From Phycisphaerae bacterium (GTDB lineage Bacteria > Planctomycetota > Phycisphaerae > UBA1845), in assembly GCA_028289375.1 (NCBI GenBank), contig JANQQK010000035.1, positions 113,497-177,496 on the forward strand: a stretch of DNA of 64,000 bases, given 5' to 3'. Of this stretch, positions 42,734 through 52,968 are shown piece after piece. Under the pieces are notes generated by a model. It saw only the letters and a program-made list of their open reading frames with translations, did no database searches and was not told where the DNA came from. The position numbers and the translations under genes are program-made. The first letter of the stretch is position 1. Every line of letters starts with the position of its first letter.

Positions 42734-43744
42734 ATGTCTGACCGGAGGAACACGATGCCAACACTTGACACCCGGGCCCCCGTGATTGCCCAGAGTTCGG
42801 TGACACAACGATTCGAGGAGCTGGCCGACAAACTCAACGGCTATCTCCAGACGTTTCGTGAGTTTGGCATTCGATCGAACCGCGCGGTCGCGCAACACCT
42901 TTGCGTCGACAGTGCGGAGCTTTCACGACTGAAGAATGCCCGCGTCGGCGACATCAACCTTCAGCGTGGCTATGAGATTCTTCGGAAGTGCGAAGAGCTG
43001 GCTCGTCGTTTGACACTCTTTGGCGGACCGCTCAAGTGCAAGGACGTCTACAGCGTTGGATTCAACGTGGCCAATCTCGATTGCGGCAGTCCGACGGAAC
43101 AATTGCATGCGATCTCTCTTCAGCAGCAGTCGGACATGGTGCTGCTGACCGTTGATGATGAAACTCAGCGCCGCGAATTGGACCTGCTGATCGCCGAGGT
43201 CAATCGCTCGGTCGTGCATCCAAGGCGTAATCCCTATGGCCCGATGAGCTTGATGTATGTCCTCAAGAGCGTGTACGCATCACCAAGTGCGACGACCGAG
43301 CAAATGAAGCACGCACTCGCATTGGTGCAGCTCGGTCGAAAGGCCTGTCGTCCCGACCTGTTCAACGAGACATTTGGCGAGGAGTGTCGCCGTCGGACGA
43401 TGGCGGTGATTCTGAACAACGGTGGCGGTATTGCACTGCGATTGTCCAAGGTCTGCCAGTCGCTTTCATCGCGCATGTTGAAACTCTCAAAGTTCCTGCA
43501 TAAAGAATCATTGGCCACTTTCTACTTCGCCGGCACGATGAATGGCGCGCTGACAGCCGCCAACGATCTGCGCGATGAAGGATGGGCCGTCTCACTGCTC
43601 ACGACGTTCGTGGAGACCGACGGTTTGGATCGCACCCGCTGGCCGAAGGGTATGCTGGCGGACTTGGCCGATCCCGAGGAATGGCAGTGGCTGAAGAAAA
43701 ATCAATTCTGGCATCTGCTGGATGGGGAATGTGGCGAAGCGTAG
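42734..43744 (+). CDS. Hypothetical protein with a possible N-terminal XRE-like helix-turn-helix, orphan
   Basis: GGAG ribosome-binding site 6 nt before ATG 42734. The segment IRSNRAVAQHLCVDSAELSRLKNAR looks like an HTH. The remaining ~230 aa have no recognisable motif. Confidence 0.5.
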   Translation: MSDRRNTMPTLDTRAPVIAQSSVTQRFEELADKLNGYLQTFREFGIRSNRAVAQHLCVDSAELSRLKNARVGDINLQRGYEILRKCEELARRLTLFGGPLKCKDVYSVGFNVANLDCGSPTEQLHAISLQQQSDMVLLTVDDETQRRELDLLIAEVNRSVVHPRRNPYGPMSLMYVLKSVYASPSATTEQMKHALALVQLGRKACRPDLFNETFGEECRRRTMAVILNNGGGIALRLSKVCQSLSSRMLKLSKFLHKESLATFYFAGTMNGALTAANDLRDEGWAVSLLTTFVETDGLDRTRWPKGMLADLADPEEWQWLKKNQFWHLLDGECGEA

Positions 43745-43791
43745 TGTTCGTTGTTCATGTCGCATACGAAACCTTCAGAAAGGTTGAAACG

Positions 43792-44571
43792 ATGATGGGG
43801 TACATCCGAGGTTGGCACGTTGCGGTCGCGATGGTGTTCGTCGCACTGACAGCTCCACAAGGATGGGGGGGTGGCGTTACTGGTGGCATCGACGATCATG
43901 CTGCCATGGTCGCAATCAGTCCCGATTCGGCTGATTTTGTGACCGTTGATACGGATGCAGGTTCATTCCTCATTCGCGTGTTCACCGAAGAAGCGTCACA
44001 GTCTCCCGATCCGATCGCGCCGATGGCGGAGTTGGATCCGTCGCAGCCAACGCGGACGGCTACGACCATCGTGAATCCGTTCTCCGCGTCAACGATTCAA
44101 ATCAACTTCGTTGAATTGATGCCCGTTGACGTTTCGGGGCTGGGTGGCGTGTCCTATCAGTTGAATGGTCATCTGCCATTCACGCGAGAGGCAGAGCTTC
44201 GATTCATGGCCGAAGGCCTTGATATTCGCCAGACCGCTCCGCTGCAGATGGCCGGCGACGAACCGGATGACACGTGCTGGGTGACTGGTGAACCGATCCT
44301 TGAGATTCCCGTGATCGTGCCGATGGACAATGCGGCCGACCGCGACACGGTGCCGACGTACAACGTTGAGATCATGTCGCTCACGACGACGGTTGACCAG
44401 AACGGCCCGATTCGCCGCAGGGATGGTGGTGATGGCGGAACCCCCGGCGGCTCACCGGATCCTGGCTTCCTGATGCACACAGGCAACCACGGTACCGTTG
44501 TCATTCAGCCGGAAACCGGCGACGGCGGCACACCCGGCGGATCACCGAGTCCGGACGGGGAACGCAAATAA
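43792..44571 (+). CDS. Secreted hypothetical protein with a duplicated GDGGTPGGSP C-terminal motif
   Basis: N-terminal hydrophobic helix WHVAVAMVFVALTAPQGWG. The C-terminus contains GGDGGTPGGSPDPG and TGDGGTPGGSPSPDG. A terminator follows. Confidence 0.55.
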   Translation: MMGYIRGWHVAVAMVFVALTAPQGWGGGVTGGIDDHAAMVAISPDSADFVTVDTDAGSFLIRVFTEEASQSPDPIAPMAELDPSQPTRTATTIVNPFSASTIQINFVELMPVDVSGLGGVSYQLNGHLPFTREAELRFMAEGLDIRQTAPLQMAGDEPDDTCWVTGEPILEIPVIVPMDNAADRDTVPTYNVEIMSLTTTVDQNGPIRRRDGGDGGTPGGSPDPGFLMHTGNHGTVVIQPETGDGGTPGGSPSPDGERK

Positions 44572-44598
44572 GGCCGAGAATGCCTGCAAGAGAATAAC

Positions 44599-44625
44599 AA
44601 CCCCGGCTTCGGTCGGGGTTTTTTT
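44599..44625 (+). terminator. Rho-independent terminator
   Basis: Stem AACCCCG (44599-44605) pairs with CGGGGTT (44614-44620), running into a T-run to 44625. Confidence 0.6.
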
Positions 44626-44731
44626 GTGCGCCGACTGTCGGTTGGACGCGCGTGGCTACCGTCTTGGCAATCACCTAAGATACGATCGTCGGCAATGATG
44701 CCGGTCACGCTGTCTGAATTCGAGGGTGCGG

Positions 44732-46009
44732 ATGGAACATCTCAGCGGATCATGGAAGAGCGAGGTCGAGCAGGCGGTCGAATTGGCACGGATGGTCAGT
44801 TCGCAAACCGATCCGCAGGAGATGGTACAACGCTACGGCACGCGCATCCGCGACATGAACCCAGCCGACGGGTTTCTCTCGCTCAGTCGTCGCGATCTCA
44901 CGTCACCCAAGTACCGCATCACGCGCTATTCCGGCTGGGGAGAGGAAGTCAATCCCTGGAAGGAGAAGCACAAGCTGCCACTGATGGAAGGCGGCCTCTT
45001 GGCGGAGCTGATTTACGGCAACGAACCGCGCGTGCTGAACGACGTCTCACTGGCGGCTGACGAGCCGGCGGCAGCATATCTCGACGGCATGACCTCGCTC
45101 GTCGCGATGCCACTTTACGATGGTGGCGAATCGCTCAACATGGTGATCCGCATGTTCCGCGACAGCGTCCCCGACCTCGAGAAATTCCCGGACATGATCA
45201 TCACAGCCAACATCTTCGGATTGGCCACCAAGAACCTCGTCATGTCTGAGGAGGTACGTGTTGCCTATGAAGCACTCGACCGGGAATTTCAAGCGATCGC
45301 AGCCATTCAGCGATCACTGCTGCCGACCAAGCTGCCGGATACACCGGGACTTGAATTGGCCACCTTCTACGACACAGCGCATCGGGCTGGTGGCGACTAC
45401 TACGATGTTTTTCCCGTTGATGAACACCGCACGGGAATCATGATCGCCGATGTCAGCGGGCATGGTGCGGCTGCCGCCGTCGTGATGGCGCGGATGCATG
45501 CCAGTCTGCACGCCTATCCCGGGGACCTCGCATCGCCTGCGGACGTCATGGAATTTGCCAACGAACATCTCCAGCAGCATTGCACGCGCCAACTGACACA
45601 GGTCACGTTCGCGACCGCATTTTACGGGGTCTACGATGGCGATCGCAATGTGCTGACCTATTCATCGGCGGGCCACAACCCACCAAGGCTTCGGACATGC
45701 GATGGCGCGTTGGCGTCGCTGGCGGGTGCCGTACAGCTCCCGCTGGGTATCGACTGTGGTCTCGAGTTCGAGACCGCTGACGTACCGATGACCTCGCGCG
45801 ACGAGGTGCTTCTGTACACGGACGGGATTGTCGAAGCCTTCAATCCCACGCACGACCAGTTCGGGCTTGAGCGTCTCGACGAGGTGTTCATCGAGCCACA
45901 GCCATCGACGACGGCAGTGGTCGACCGAATCGTCAACGCGTTGGATGATTTCGCTGACGGCACGCCGTTCGAAGACGACCGCACGCTTGTCGCCTTTCGC
46001 GCCAAGTAG
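44732..46009 (+). CDS. PP2C-family serine phosphatase (SpoIIE/RsbU-like) with an N-terminal GAF-like sensor domain
   Basis: IAAIQRSLLPTKLPDTPGLELATFYDTAHRAGGDYYDVF...IMIADVSGHGAAAAVVMA...LLYTDGIVEA...DDRTLVAFR are the SpoIIE/PP2C motifs. GAGGG ribosome-binding site before ATG 44732. Confidence 0.85.
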   Translation: MEHLSGSWKSEVEQAVELARMVSSQTDPQEMVQRYGTRIRDMNPADGFLSLSRRDLTSPKYRITRYSGWGEEVNPWKEKHKLPLMEGGLLAELIYGNEPRVLNDVSLAADEPAAAYLDGMTSLVAMPLYDGGESLNMVIRMFRDSVPDLEKFPDMIITANIFGLATKNLVMSEEVRVAYEALDREFQAIAAIQRSLLPTKLPDTPGLELATFYDTAHRAGGDYYDVFPVDEHRTGIMIADVSGHGAAAAVVMARMHASLHAYPGDLASPADVMEFANEHLQQHCTRQLTQVTFATAFYGVYDGDRNVLTYSSAGHNPPRLRTCDGALASLAGAVQLPLGIDCGLEFETADVPMTSRDEVLLYTDGIVEAFNPTHDQFGLERLDEVFIEPQPSTTAVVDRIVNALDDFADGTPFEDDRTLVAFRAK

Positions 46010-46175
46010 CCGCCATCACGAACGAGATTCCCTTCGGAACCGTGCCCACGGGTCTGCACCGATGCTGTTGTAGGAAAGCACGGCACGACGTGTGGACTTG
46101 TCATGCGCCGACATGGCGCATTGACGCCCACATCGGCCAGATGATATCGTGGTCGGAAAAGAAAGGATGCCAAAC

Positions 46176-47834
46176 ATGTTTTGTCGTGCTCTGACCCTCA
46201 TGCTGACCATGTCGACCATCACCTTGGGCGAGATGACGTTGCCGGATTCTGTCAAAACGAACATTGAGCGCCGCATCGATCATGGGTTGAATGCTGGCAT
46301 CGTGGTTGGGCTGGTGGAGGAACGGGACGGAAAGGCCGCCACGGAATACTGGTCGTTTGGCGTCACGAAGGCTGGCGAGTCACGCAAGATCGACGAGAAC
46401 ACGATCTTCGAGATCGGCTCGATCACCAAGGCATTCACCGGCATTCTGCTGGCCGACATGGTCGAGCGCGGCGAAGTCAAGCTCATCGATCCCATCGACA
46501 CGTATCTGCCGAAGGGCGTGACGGCACCGTCGCGCGACGGAAAGTCGATCACGCTCGAAAGCCTGGCCACGCACCGATCGGGCCTTCCCCGCTTGCCGGA
46601 CAACCTGACGATCAGCGACAGTTCCGATCCGTACGCGGATTATTCTCCTGACCTGCTTCACGCCTTTCTTTCAAAGCACGAGTTGTCTCGCGGCGTCGGC
46701 GAGAAGTATGAGTATTCGAACCTCGGCATGGGATTGCTCGGGCATCTGCTCGGACAGGCAGCCAAGCAATCCTACGAAAGCCTGGTGGTCGAGCGCATCT
46801 GCAAGCCACTGAAACTAAAAGACACGCGGATGAACCTGAATCGGAGACAGGCGAAGCGGTTCGCAACAGGCCACGTCGGCGTTGATCCCGTCGAACATTG
46901 GACAATGCAGGATTGCCTCGCGTCGTGCGGGGCATTGCGGTCATCAGCCAAGGACATGATCCGCTTCCTGTCCGCCAACCTCGGACTGGCGAAGTCATCA
47001 CCAATGGATGCATTGAAGATGGCACAGGCCAGGCGTCACAATGCCGGTACGGCGGACGTGCATGTCGGTCTCGGATGGCACATCAACACGCGGTTCAATC
47101 GCACGATCGTTTGGCACAATGGAGGCACGGGCGGGTTCCGCACGTTTTGTGGATTCGACCCTCAGAGCAAGCGCGGCGTCGTCGTGCTGAGCAACACGTC
47201 CAACAGTGTGGACGACATCGGGTTTCATTTGCTCGAGCCGAAGTACACGCTCGAGTCCATACCAGACAAAGCCGTCGTGCCGGTTGACGTATTGGCGGAG
47301 TATGCTGGGTACTACGAGCTGCAGCCGAGCGTGATCATTCACGTCACCGCTGACGGCAAACGATTGTTCGCGCAACTGACGGGGCAGGAGCGCTACGAGG
47401 TCTACGCAGAATCGCCGACGACGTTCTTCTACACCGTGGTCGACGCCAAGCTAATCTTCGATCGCGATGATGCCGGCAAGGTACATCAGGTCCAGCTCGA
47501 TCAGTTCGGTGTCAAGCGACCGGCCAAGCGTCTCGAGAACTACGAACCGCCGGTTCGCAATGTCATCGAGGTAGATACCGAGACGCTGAAACGCTACGAA
47601 GGCCGCTATCAACTGGGGCCCGGTGCCATCATCGACGTCGCACTCGACGGCGACCAACTGACCGCGCAGATCACAGGTCAGCCAAGGTTCCCGATCTTCG
47701 CCGAAACGAAGACGCGCTTCTTCTACAAAGTTGTCGATGCCCAGATTGACTTCTCCGCCGACGACGATGGCAAAGCATCCAAACTAACCCTGCACCAAGG
47801 AGGCATGGACCATCATGCCGGGCGACTCAAGTAG
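46176..47834 (+). CDS. Serine hydrolase of the beta-lactamase/transpeptidase family (class C-like) with two C-terminal DUF3471-like repeats
   Basis: SxxK (GSITKAF), YSN (YEYSNLG) and HNGGTGGF are present. Two about 70-aa paralogous C-terminal modules follow (YAGYYELQPSVIIHVTADGKRLFAQLTGQERYEVYAE... and YEGRYQLGPGAIIDVALDGDQLTAQITGQPRFPIFAE...). The start is uncertain (46149-46176). Confidence 0.8.
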   Translation: MFCRALTLMLTMSTITLGEMTLPDSVKTNIERRIDHGLNAGIVVGLVEERDGKAATEYWSFGVTKAGESRKIDENTIFEIGSITKAFTGILLADMVERGEVKLIDPIDTYLPKGVTAPSRDGKSITLESLATHRSGLPRLPDNLTISDSSDPYADYSPDLLHAFLSKHELSRGVGEKYEYSNLGMGLLGHLLGQAAKQSYESLVVERICKPLKLKDTRMNLNRRQAKRFATGHVGVDPVEHWTMQDCLASCGALRSSAKDMIRFLSANLGLAKSSPMDALKMAQARRHNAGTADVHVGLGWHINTRFNRTIVWHNGGTGGFRTFCGFDPQSKRGVVVLSNTSNSVDDIGFHLLEPKYTLESIPDKAVVPVDVLAEYAGYYELQPSVIIHVTADGKRLFAQLTGQERYEVYAESPTTFFYTVVDAKLIFDRDDAGKVHQVQLDQFGVKRPAKRLENYEPPVRNVIEVDTETLKRYEGRYQLGPGAIIDVALDGDQLTAQITGQPRFPIFAETKTRFFYKVVDAQIDFSADDDGKASKLTLHQGGMDHHAGRLK

Positions 47835-47842
47835 GTGCATTG

Positions 47843-50209
47843 ATGGCGTCACACCAACAGGCGGTGGCCGAGTTTCGTCATCCCAGCGCCCCTGACCCAT
47901 CATGGCTGCGCGTTCGCGGGTCAACGCAGGTGAAGATTGTCGTCGCCCTGGCGTCCCTTTGCTTCGTTGTGGCGGGATGCGGGTCGGCGAGAGTCGTCCA
48001 CCAGGACCGGTATTGGCAACGGCTGCCTTCGCCATCTGAGAAGCTGCGAATCGGCATCAATAGCATTGGGGTGGACACCTCAGGGGGACTCTGGTTCACG
48101 TCACGCAACGATCTGTATCTCTGGGAGCCGGATATTCGTCATTGGCGAAAATATGAGCTTCCGTATGAATCGAAGCACATTCGACTGTTCGGTGGCATGC
48201 GTACCGGACTCTTTGCGGACGTGAAGGCATCAGATTTCAGGCATCACGTCTTGCGACTGAACAACCGCACCCATTCGCAGATCACGTCCTACGAACACAA
48301 GAGATCGGGGCCACATTTCAAATCGTACGTAAGCAGGAACGGGCACGTTCTCACATGGGGCGACGGCCGCCTCCACAGCTTCACCGGGCAGCGATGGGTT
48401 GATCATGGTATCGCCATGACGCGCGATACAGTTCGCGTCATTGATGCCGGGGATTTGGTTGGCCTCATTCAAGGCGACAGGCTGGTCACGTACGATCGTT
48501 GGAATCGGGTACGGTCCACGACCCTCGATTCGACGTTTGCATCTCGAATTCACCGTGCAGCGGGGCTTGCGAACGATAAAGCCATCATTCTCGACTACAG
48601 TTGTCGGCAGGTGCTCATCCTCGACCTCATCAGTGGGCAACTTCTTCCAGCAAGCCGTGTGAACGCATCGCTGCATGGCTGGACCCCGAATGAAGTGGCG
48701 ACGTTGGATGATGGCAGCGTCCTGCTGTCGGCGTACAACATTGCCCAGACAGGCAAAGTGCTCTTTCGCATCATGGGTGACGGCACCGTCACCGAAATGC
48801 CCGAGACGATCGGCATCCGCTGGAGTCACATATTGACCGGGATCGGCCCGCGCATGGTCAGCACTGATACGCAAGGCGCAATCTGGTTCGCAGGCAAGGA
48901 CTATGGGCCGATCGCATTGGTCGACGGTCACGTCCAACAGCACGACGACCGCATCGATGCATGCCCGGAGCATTGCCACACGATCGAGATTGGTCGGGAT
49001 GGCGCAATCTATGCCGCCTCTTGGACCGACATTTATTCCTACGACAGTCGCAACAGCACAGCCATCGAACGAGCGCCCAATGCGGACCAGCCCATCCCAC
49101 GAGGAAGCGCGATTTGGAGCCGACCCGCCCCACCGTTCAATCCCCTGGAACGCGCGTGGCTCATTGATAAGAATATCCTGACTCATTCAATGTTTGCGGG
49201 AGCTGACGGGATGACGAACGTCGACGCGCTGGATATCGAAAATGGCGAGACTCGGTTTTCGTTGCCGTTGGTTGGTGACATGCCCATGTATCCCTTTGTT
49301 GCACGTCTAAGCGACGACAAATGGGTTGCCACATCGTCAGGCCACATCCATTTTCTGAATACGGATTCGGGCGAGCTGACGACGGCATTCCCGTTTGAAC
49401 GCGACCCACGGATTGATCCCGTCGCCGTTGATGGGGACATCATCGTTGTCGAGAGATTTCAAGGCAGATCATTGGCGCGTCTTTCGCCAACCGGGGCCAG
49501 AGTCTGGACCGCCGATCTGCCCGGCATGGTGGTTCGGCACATGTCACTCGTTGGTTCAGCGCTCGTGGTTCAGACAATCAGTAAGTCATTTCCCCGCGTG
49601 TTGACGACAGCCTTCAACATCAACACCGGCCAAGAGTTGTGGGTGAATAATGACGGAGCGGGCGGAGGCGGCATGGCCACTTGCGACGCCACACAGTTGT
49701 TCATCGAAGCCAGAACGTATGATGGCACGACCTCAGCCTACGACGCAACATCCGGGAGGCTTATCTGGCGGAATAGCGGGATCAAAGCACGGGTTTCCAA
49801 TGCTCCCATCGTGGATTCATCGTGCGATGGCGTCTTCGTGGTGGACGACGATGGCGTCGTCGCTCGACTCAGCATCGACGACGGTTCCACGTTGTGGCAA
49901 ACGGAACTGAACAGGCGACCAGTCAAGCCGCCCTACGAACAAGTGTATCCCTATCAATCATTCGTGACACTTCAGGACGCGTACCTGATGGTCTTGACGG
50001 ACGACCAAGTCCTGACGTTTCTGAACCCACAGACAGGCCACCCGCTGGGACGCATCGAAGTGACCCATGACGTCATCGATCATGGAAAAAACCAAGGCCC
50101 GTCCCCTCTCCTGTCGGCCCCGTGGCTCATTGGCGACAAGATCCTTGTGGCAACAAAGTCCGGTGTTTCGCTATACGAATGGCCGGAGTTTGCCTTGCGA
50201 GGTGAATGA
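47843..50209 (+). CDS. Beta-propeller repeat lipoprotein (PQQ-like/BamB-like repeats in the C-terminal half)
   Basis: Lipobox FVVAGC. The C-terminal half has repeated D..[TS]G..[LIV]W motifs (TGQELWVNN, SGRLIWRNS, DGSTLWQTE). More A/T-rich than the surrounding genes. Confidence 0.55.
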   Translation: MASHQQAVAEFRHPSAPDPSWLRVRGSTQVKIVVALASLCFVVAGCGSARVVHQDRYWQRLPSPSEKLRIGINSIGVDTSGGLWFTSRNDLYLWEPDIRHWRKYELPYESKHIRLFGGMRTGLFADVKASDFRHHVLRLNNRTHSQITSYEHKRSGPHFKSYVSRNGHVLTWGDGRLHSFTGQRWVDHGIAMTRDTVRVIDAGDLVGLIQGDRLVTYDRWNRVRSTTLDSTFASRIHRAAGLANDKAIILDYSCRQVLILDLISGQLLPASRVNASLHGWTPNEVATLDDGSVLLSAYNIAQTGKVLFRIMGDGTVTEMPETIGIRWSHILTGIGPRMVSTDTQGAIWFAGKDYGPIALVDGHVQQHDDRIDACPEHCHTIEIGRDGAIYAASWTDIYSYDSRNSTAIERAPNADQPIPRGSAIWSRPAPPFNPLERAWLIDKNILTHSMFAGADGMTNVDALDIENGETRFSLPLVGDMPMYPFVARLSDDKWVATSSGHIHFLNTDSGELTTAFPFERDPRIDPVAVDGDIIVVERFQGRSLARLSPTGARVWTADLPGMVVRHMSLVGSALVVQTISKSFPRVLTTAFNINTGQELWVNNDGAGGGGMATCDATQLFIEARTYDGTTSAYDATSGRLIWRNSGIKARVSNAPIVDSSCDGVFVVDDDGVVARLSIDDGSTLWQTELNRRPVKPPYEQVYPYQSFVTLQDAYLMVLTDDQVLTFLNPQTGHPLGRIEVTHDVIDHGKNQGPSPLLSAPWLIGDKILVATKSGVSLYEWPEFALRGE

Positions 50210-50256
50210 CTCCGCGGCCAGCAAAATGCGACGGAGTTATTTGGACTGCCTCGGTG

Positions 50257-51141
50257 TTACCTGGAGTTCGCCTTGGCCGTCCTCACCTGCAGGACGACGA
50301 TGTAGAGCACGCTCAGGGCAATGAACGCGCCGCCGATGAACGTCGACGTTTCGGGCACCTCGTTCAACACCAGCCACACCCAGATCGGACTCAAAATCGG
50401 TTCAAGCAGAATCAGCGTGACGCCCTTCTGGGCCGTGACACGCTTCAACCCCTCCGAATACAGCACATACGGAATGCCGAATTGCACAACCCCAGTGAAA
50501 AGCAGCCAGCCAATCAGAGACAACGTCATGACCGGCAACGCCGACAACAGTGCAATGGGCATCATGATGACAGCCGACCCCATGCACACGCACCAGACCA
50601 GCACAAGTGCGTCAATACGGTGCGCACGACGGAATACAACCGACTGCAACCCGAACACCACACCGGCGATGATGCCAATGATCAGTCCGGATTGACCGGG
50701 CGTGTACTGGTCCCAGAAAATCACCCCCACGCCGACAAACGCCAGAATCATCGCGACGGTCTGCGGCCCTGTGGCACGATCACCCGTGACAAACGGCGAC
50801 AGAAGAAACACCCACGCCGGCGCCGTGTACTGCAGGAAGATTGCATTCGCCGCCGTCGTCATCGTCATCGACAGCACAAATGTAACGCACATGCCGGTGA
50901 AGACGACAACGGCTGCGACAAGCCAACGCTTCTCCGCGATCGCCCGAGGTCGCCACACCACGAATGGCGTCAGGATCAACCCGGCGATCAATGAGCGAAA
51001 AGCCGCAATCGCCATCGCGGGCAACTCCTGCTGATAAAGATACTTGATGAGAACGCCGTTAAGACTCCACAGCGCCGCAGCCGACAGCATCAATACCGTA
51101 CCGACCGCCTGAACGTGGCGCGATTCGTCTGAGACACTCAC
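50257..51141 (-). CDS. DMT-superfamily transporter (EamA-like)
   Basis: About 10 predicted TM helices with the two-EamA-repeat layout. The GTG start overlaps the stop of the upstream dacB-like gene (GTGA). Confidence 0.75.
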   Translation of the reverse strand: MSVSDESRHVQAVGTVLMLSAAALWSLNGVLIKYLYQQELPAMAIAAFRSLIAGLILTPFVVWRPRAIAEKRWLVAAVVVFTGMCVTFVLSMTMTTAANAIFLQYTAPAWVFLLSPFVTGDRATGPQTVAMILAFVGVGVIFWDQYTPGQSGLIIGIIAGVVFGLQSVVFRRAHRIDALVLVWCVCMGSAVIMMPIALLSALPVMTLSLIGWLLFTGVVQFGIPYVLYSEGLKRVTAQKGVTLILLEPILSPIWVWLVLNEVPETSTFIGGAFIALSVLYIVVLQVRTAKANSR

Positions 51142-52625
51142 GGTGTGGAACCGTCATCGAGATCAGAAATCAGGCGGCACAGTTCGTCCTGCGAATCCTT
51201 GTAAGGCTTGCTTGGACCTTTGATGCCGTTGAAGAAGATGGCAAACGCGTACCTCTTGCCCGCATCGCTGTCGACATAACCCGCCAGCGTCCGAACGCCA
51301 CGAAGCGTGCCGGTCTTGGCTTGAACCCGGTTCGCCAAACCGTGCATGCGCCGACGCAGCGAGCCATCATCACCCGGGACCGCGAGACTGTCGGCAAACA
51401 TCGACGCGGATGAATGACGATGCATATGCGTGAGCACGCCGACGATCTGCGTGGCCGTCGCGCGATTGTCGCGACTCAAACCTGATCCATCAGCAAAGTG
51501 AAAACCCGCCGTCGCAATCCCGCATCGCGTCAAAAAGTCGGTGACGCCAATGGAAGCAGATGACCACGAACCGACCGCCTCCTTGGCTCCCCGATTCCTC
51601 AGATGTTCATAACCGACCCGCTTGGCCAGACATTCGGCGAAGAGGTTCTGGCTGTTCTTGCCGATCCGCGCGAGCACGTCGGCCATCGATGTCTTGTGCA
51701 CATCCAGAACCTGCACACCATCTGGAACCGAACCATCCTGCTGACGAATACGCCGACGCTCGACGCCATCGACCGCAATTCCAGCCTCGGAAAGTTGATG
51801 TTGAAACGCGGACGCGAAGAGCAATTCGCCGTCCGGGACCGCCACCGATTCCAGCGTCGATTTGCGGCTGCAATTGCGACTGAGCCGATAGGTAAACGTC
51901 TCACCGATGCGCCCGACGACCGGAACCCCCTTGGATGCTGTACGCGCACGGTTGTCGATCCTGACGATCTCTGCGGGCGGCTCTACCGAATAGGCCGGAC
52001 GTGCCCCAAGCTTCGCACCGGGGATGACCGTGATATCGATACAGTTATCGTTGATGTTGAGACCCCCCACAGGCGCGGCGTACCACTTCTGCAATTCACG
52101 CGGGCTCCACGACGGATGCACGCGCTGTTCGTCGAAAATGGACCCGTCTAGCACCAATGGACCCTCGAGTGGGGGCAGGTCTTTCGCTTTCACCAGCGAC
52201 GCCCAGCGCTCCAGCGTGGTCGTCACCGAGCGCCCGTCGCGCTCAACCAGCCGCGGGTCTCCAAACCCCGGATCACCACCGCCGACAACAATCAGCGACC
52301 GCCCATCTGTCGCCAGCGAGGTTTCAAACGCGAACTCCGGCCCAAGCAGGTCCAGCCCCGCCGCCATCACAAACACCTTCTGGTTGCTGGCGGGGATCAT
52401 CGGCTGACGCGGGTTGAGACGCGCGACGACGCGAAGATCCGATAAGTCGACGACGAGCAACGAGGCGTCGACCGGTTTCGCGGCGACCTTGCGGACGAAT
52501 GCGTCAAGTCGCGTGTGAGCGCCGACGGGGTCGATGGTGGATGACTCTGCCGACGCGATCACCGCGCACGTCAGGAGTTGCGCAACGGCAGCGGCGACAG
52601 CAACTTGGCGTGTTCGTCGGTTCAT
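51138..52625 (-). CDS. dacB: D-alanyl-D-alanine carboxypeptidase/endopeptidase (PBP4, peptidase S13)
   Basis: SxxK (PASNQKVF), SxN region (DGSGLSRDN) and KTG (AKTGTLRGV). Signal peptide MNRRTRQVAVAAAVAQLLTCAVIASA, starting from ATG 52625. Confidence 0.8.
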   Translation of the reverse strand: MNRRTRQVAVAAAVAQLLTCAVIASAESSTIDPVGAHTRLDAFVRKVAAKPVDASLLVVDLSDLRVVARLNPRQPMIPASNQKVFVMAAGLDLLGPEFAFETSLATDGRSLIVVGGGDPGFGDPRLVERDGRSVTTTLERWASLVKAKDLPPLEGPLVLDGSIFDEQRVHPSWSPRELQKWYAAPVGGLNINDNCIDITVIPGAKLGARPAYSVEPPAEIVRIDNRARTASKGVPVVGRIGETFTYRLSRNCSRKSTLESVAVPDGELLFASAFQHQLSEAGIAVDGVERRRIRQQDGSVPDGVQVLDVHKTSMADVLARIGKNSQNLFAECLAKRVGYEHLRNRGAKEAVGSWSSASIGVTDFLTRCGIATAGFHFADGSGLSRDNRATATQIVGVLTHMHRHSSASMFADSLAVPGDDGSLRRRMHGLANRVQAKTGTLRGVRTLAGYVDSDAGKRYAFAIFFNGIKGPSKPYKDSQDELCRLISDLDDGSTP

Positions 52626-52633
52626 GCCGCCCC

Positions 52634-52639
52634 ATGATA
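52634..52639 (-). promoter_or_regulatory. Candidate -10 box (TATCAT) 8 nt upstream of the dacB ATG (leaderless geometry)
   Basis: The minus strand reads CCTATCATGGGGCGGCATG. No Shine-Dalgarno sequence is present. Confidence 0.2.
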
Positions 52640-52818
52640 GGCATGGGGTCCGTATCCGCCAGCGTCGGCCAATGGCAGGATGTCCCGTCCGCCGTGGGGG
52701 CGAGTTTTCGGACCTGTGGATTCCTGGGTGGGCGATCTTGACATTCGATGGGGCGTGGCTAAAGTGATTTGCTCGCTGGCTGGAACGGATCAACGTTTCA
52801 GGCGGTGACCCAAAATCA

Positions 52819-52892
<74 letters not shown>

Positions 52893-52968
52893 ATAATGCA
52901 ACATCAAACCCTGCAGAAGGTTACAACCATCTGCGGGGTTTTTGCTTTCGAGCCAGCCACCAAAGTTG

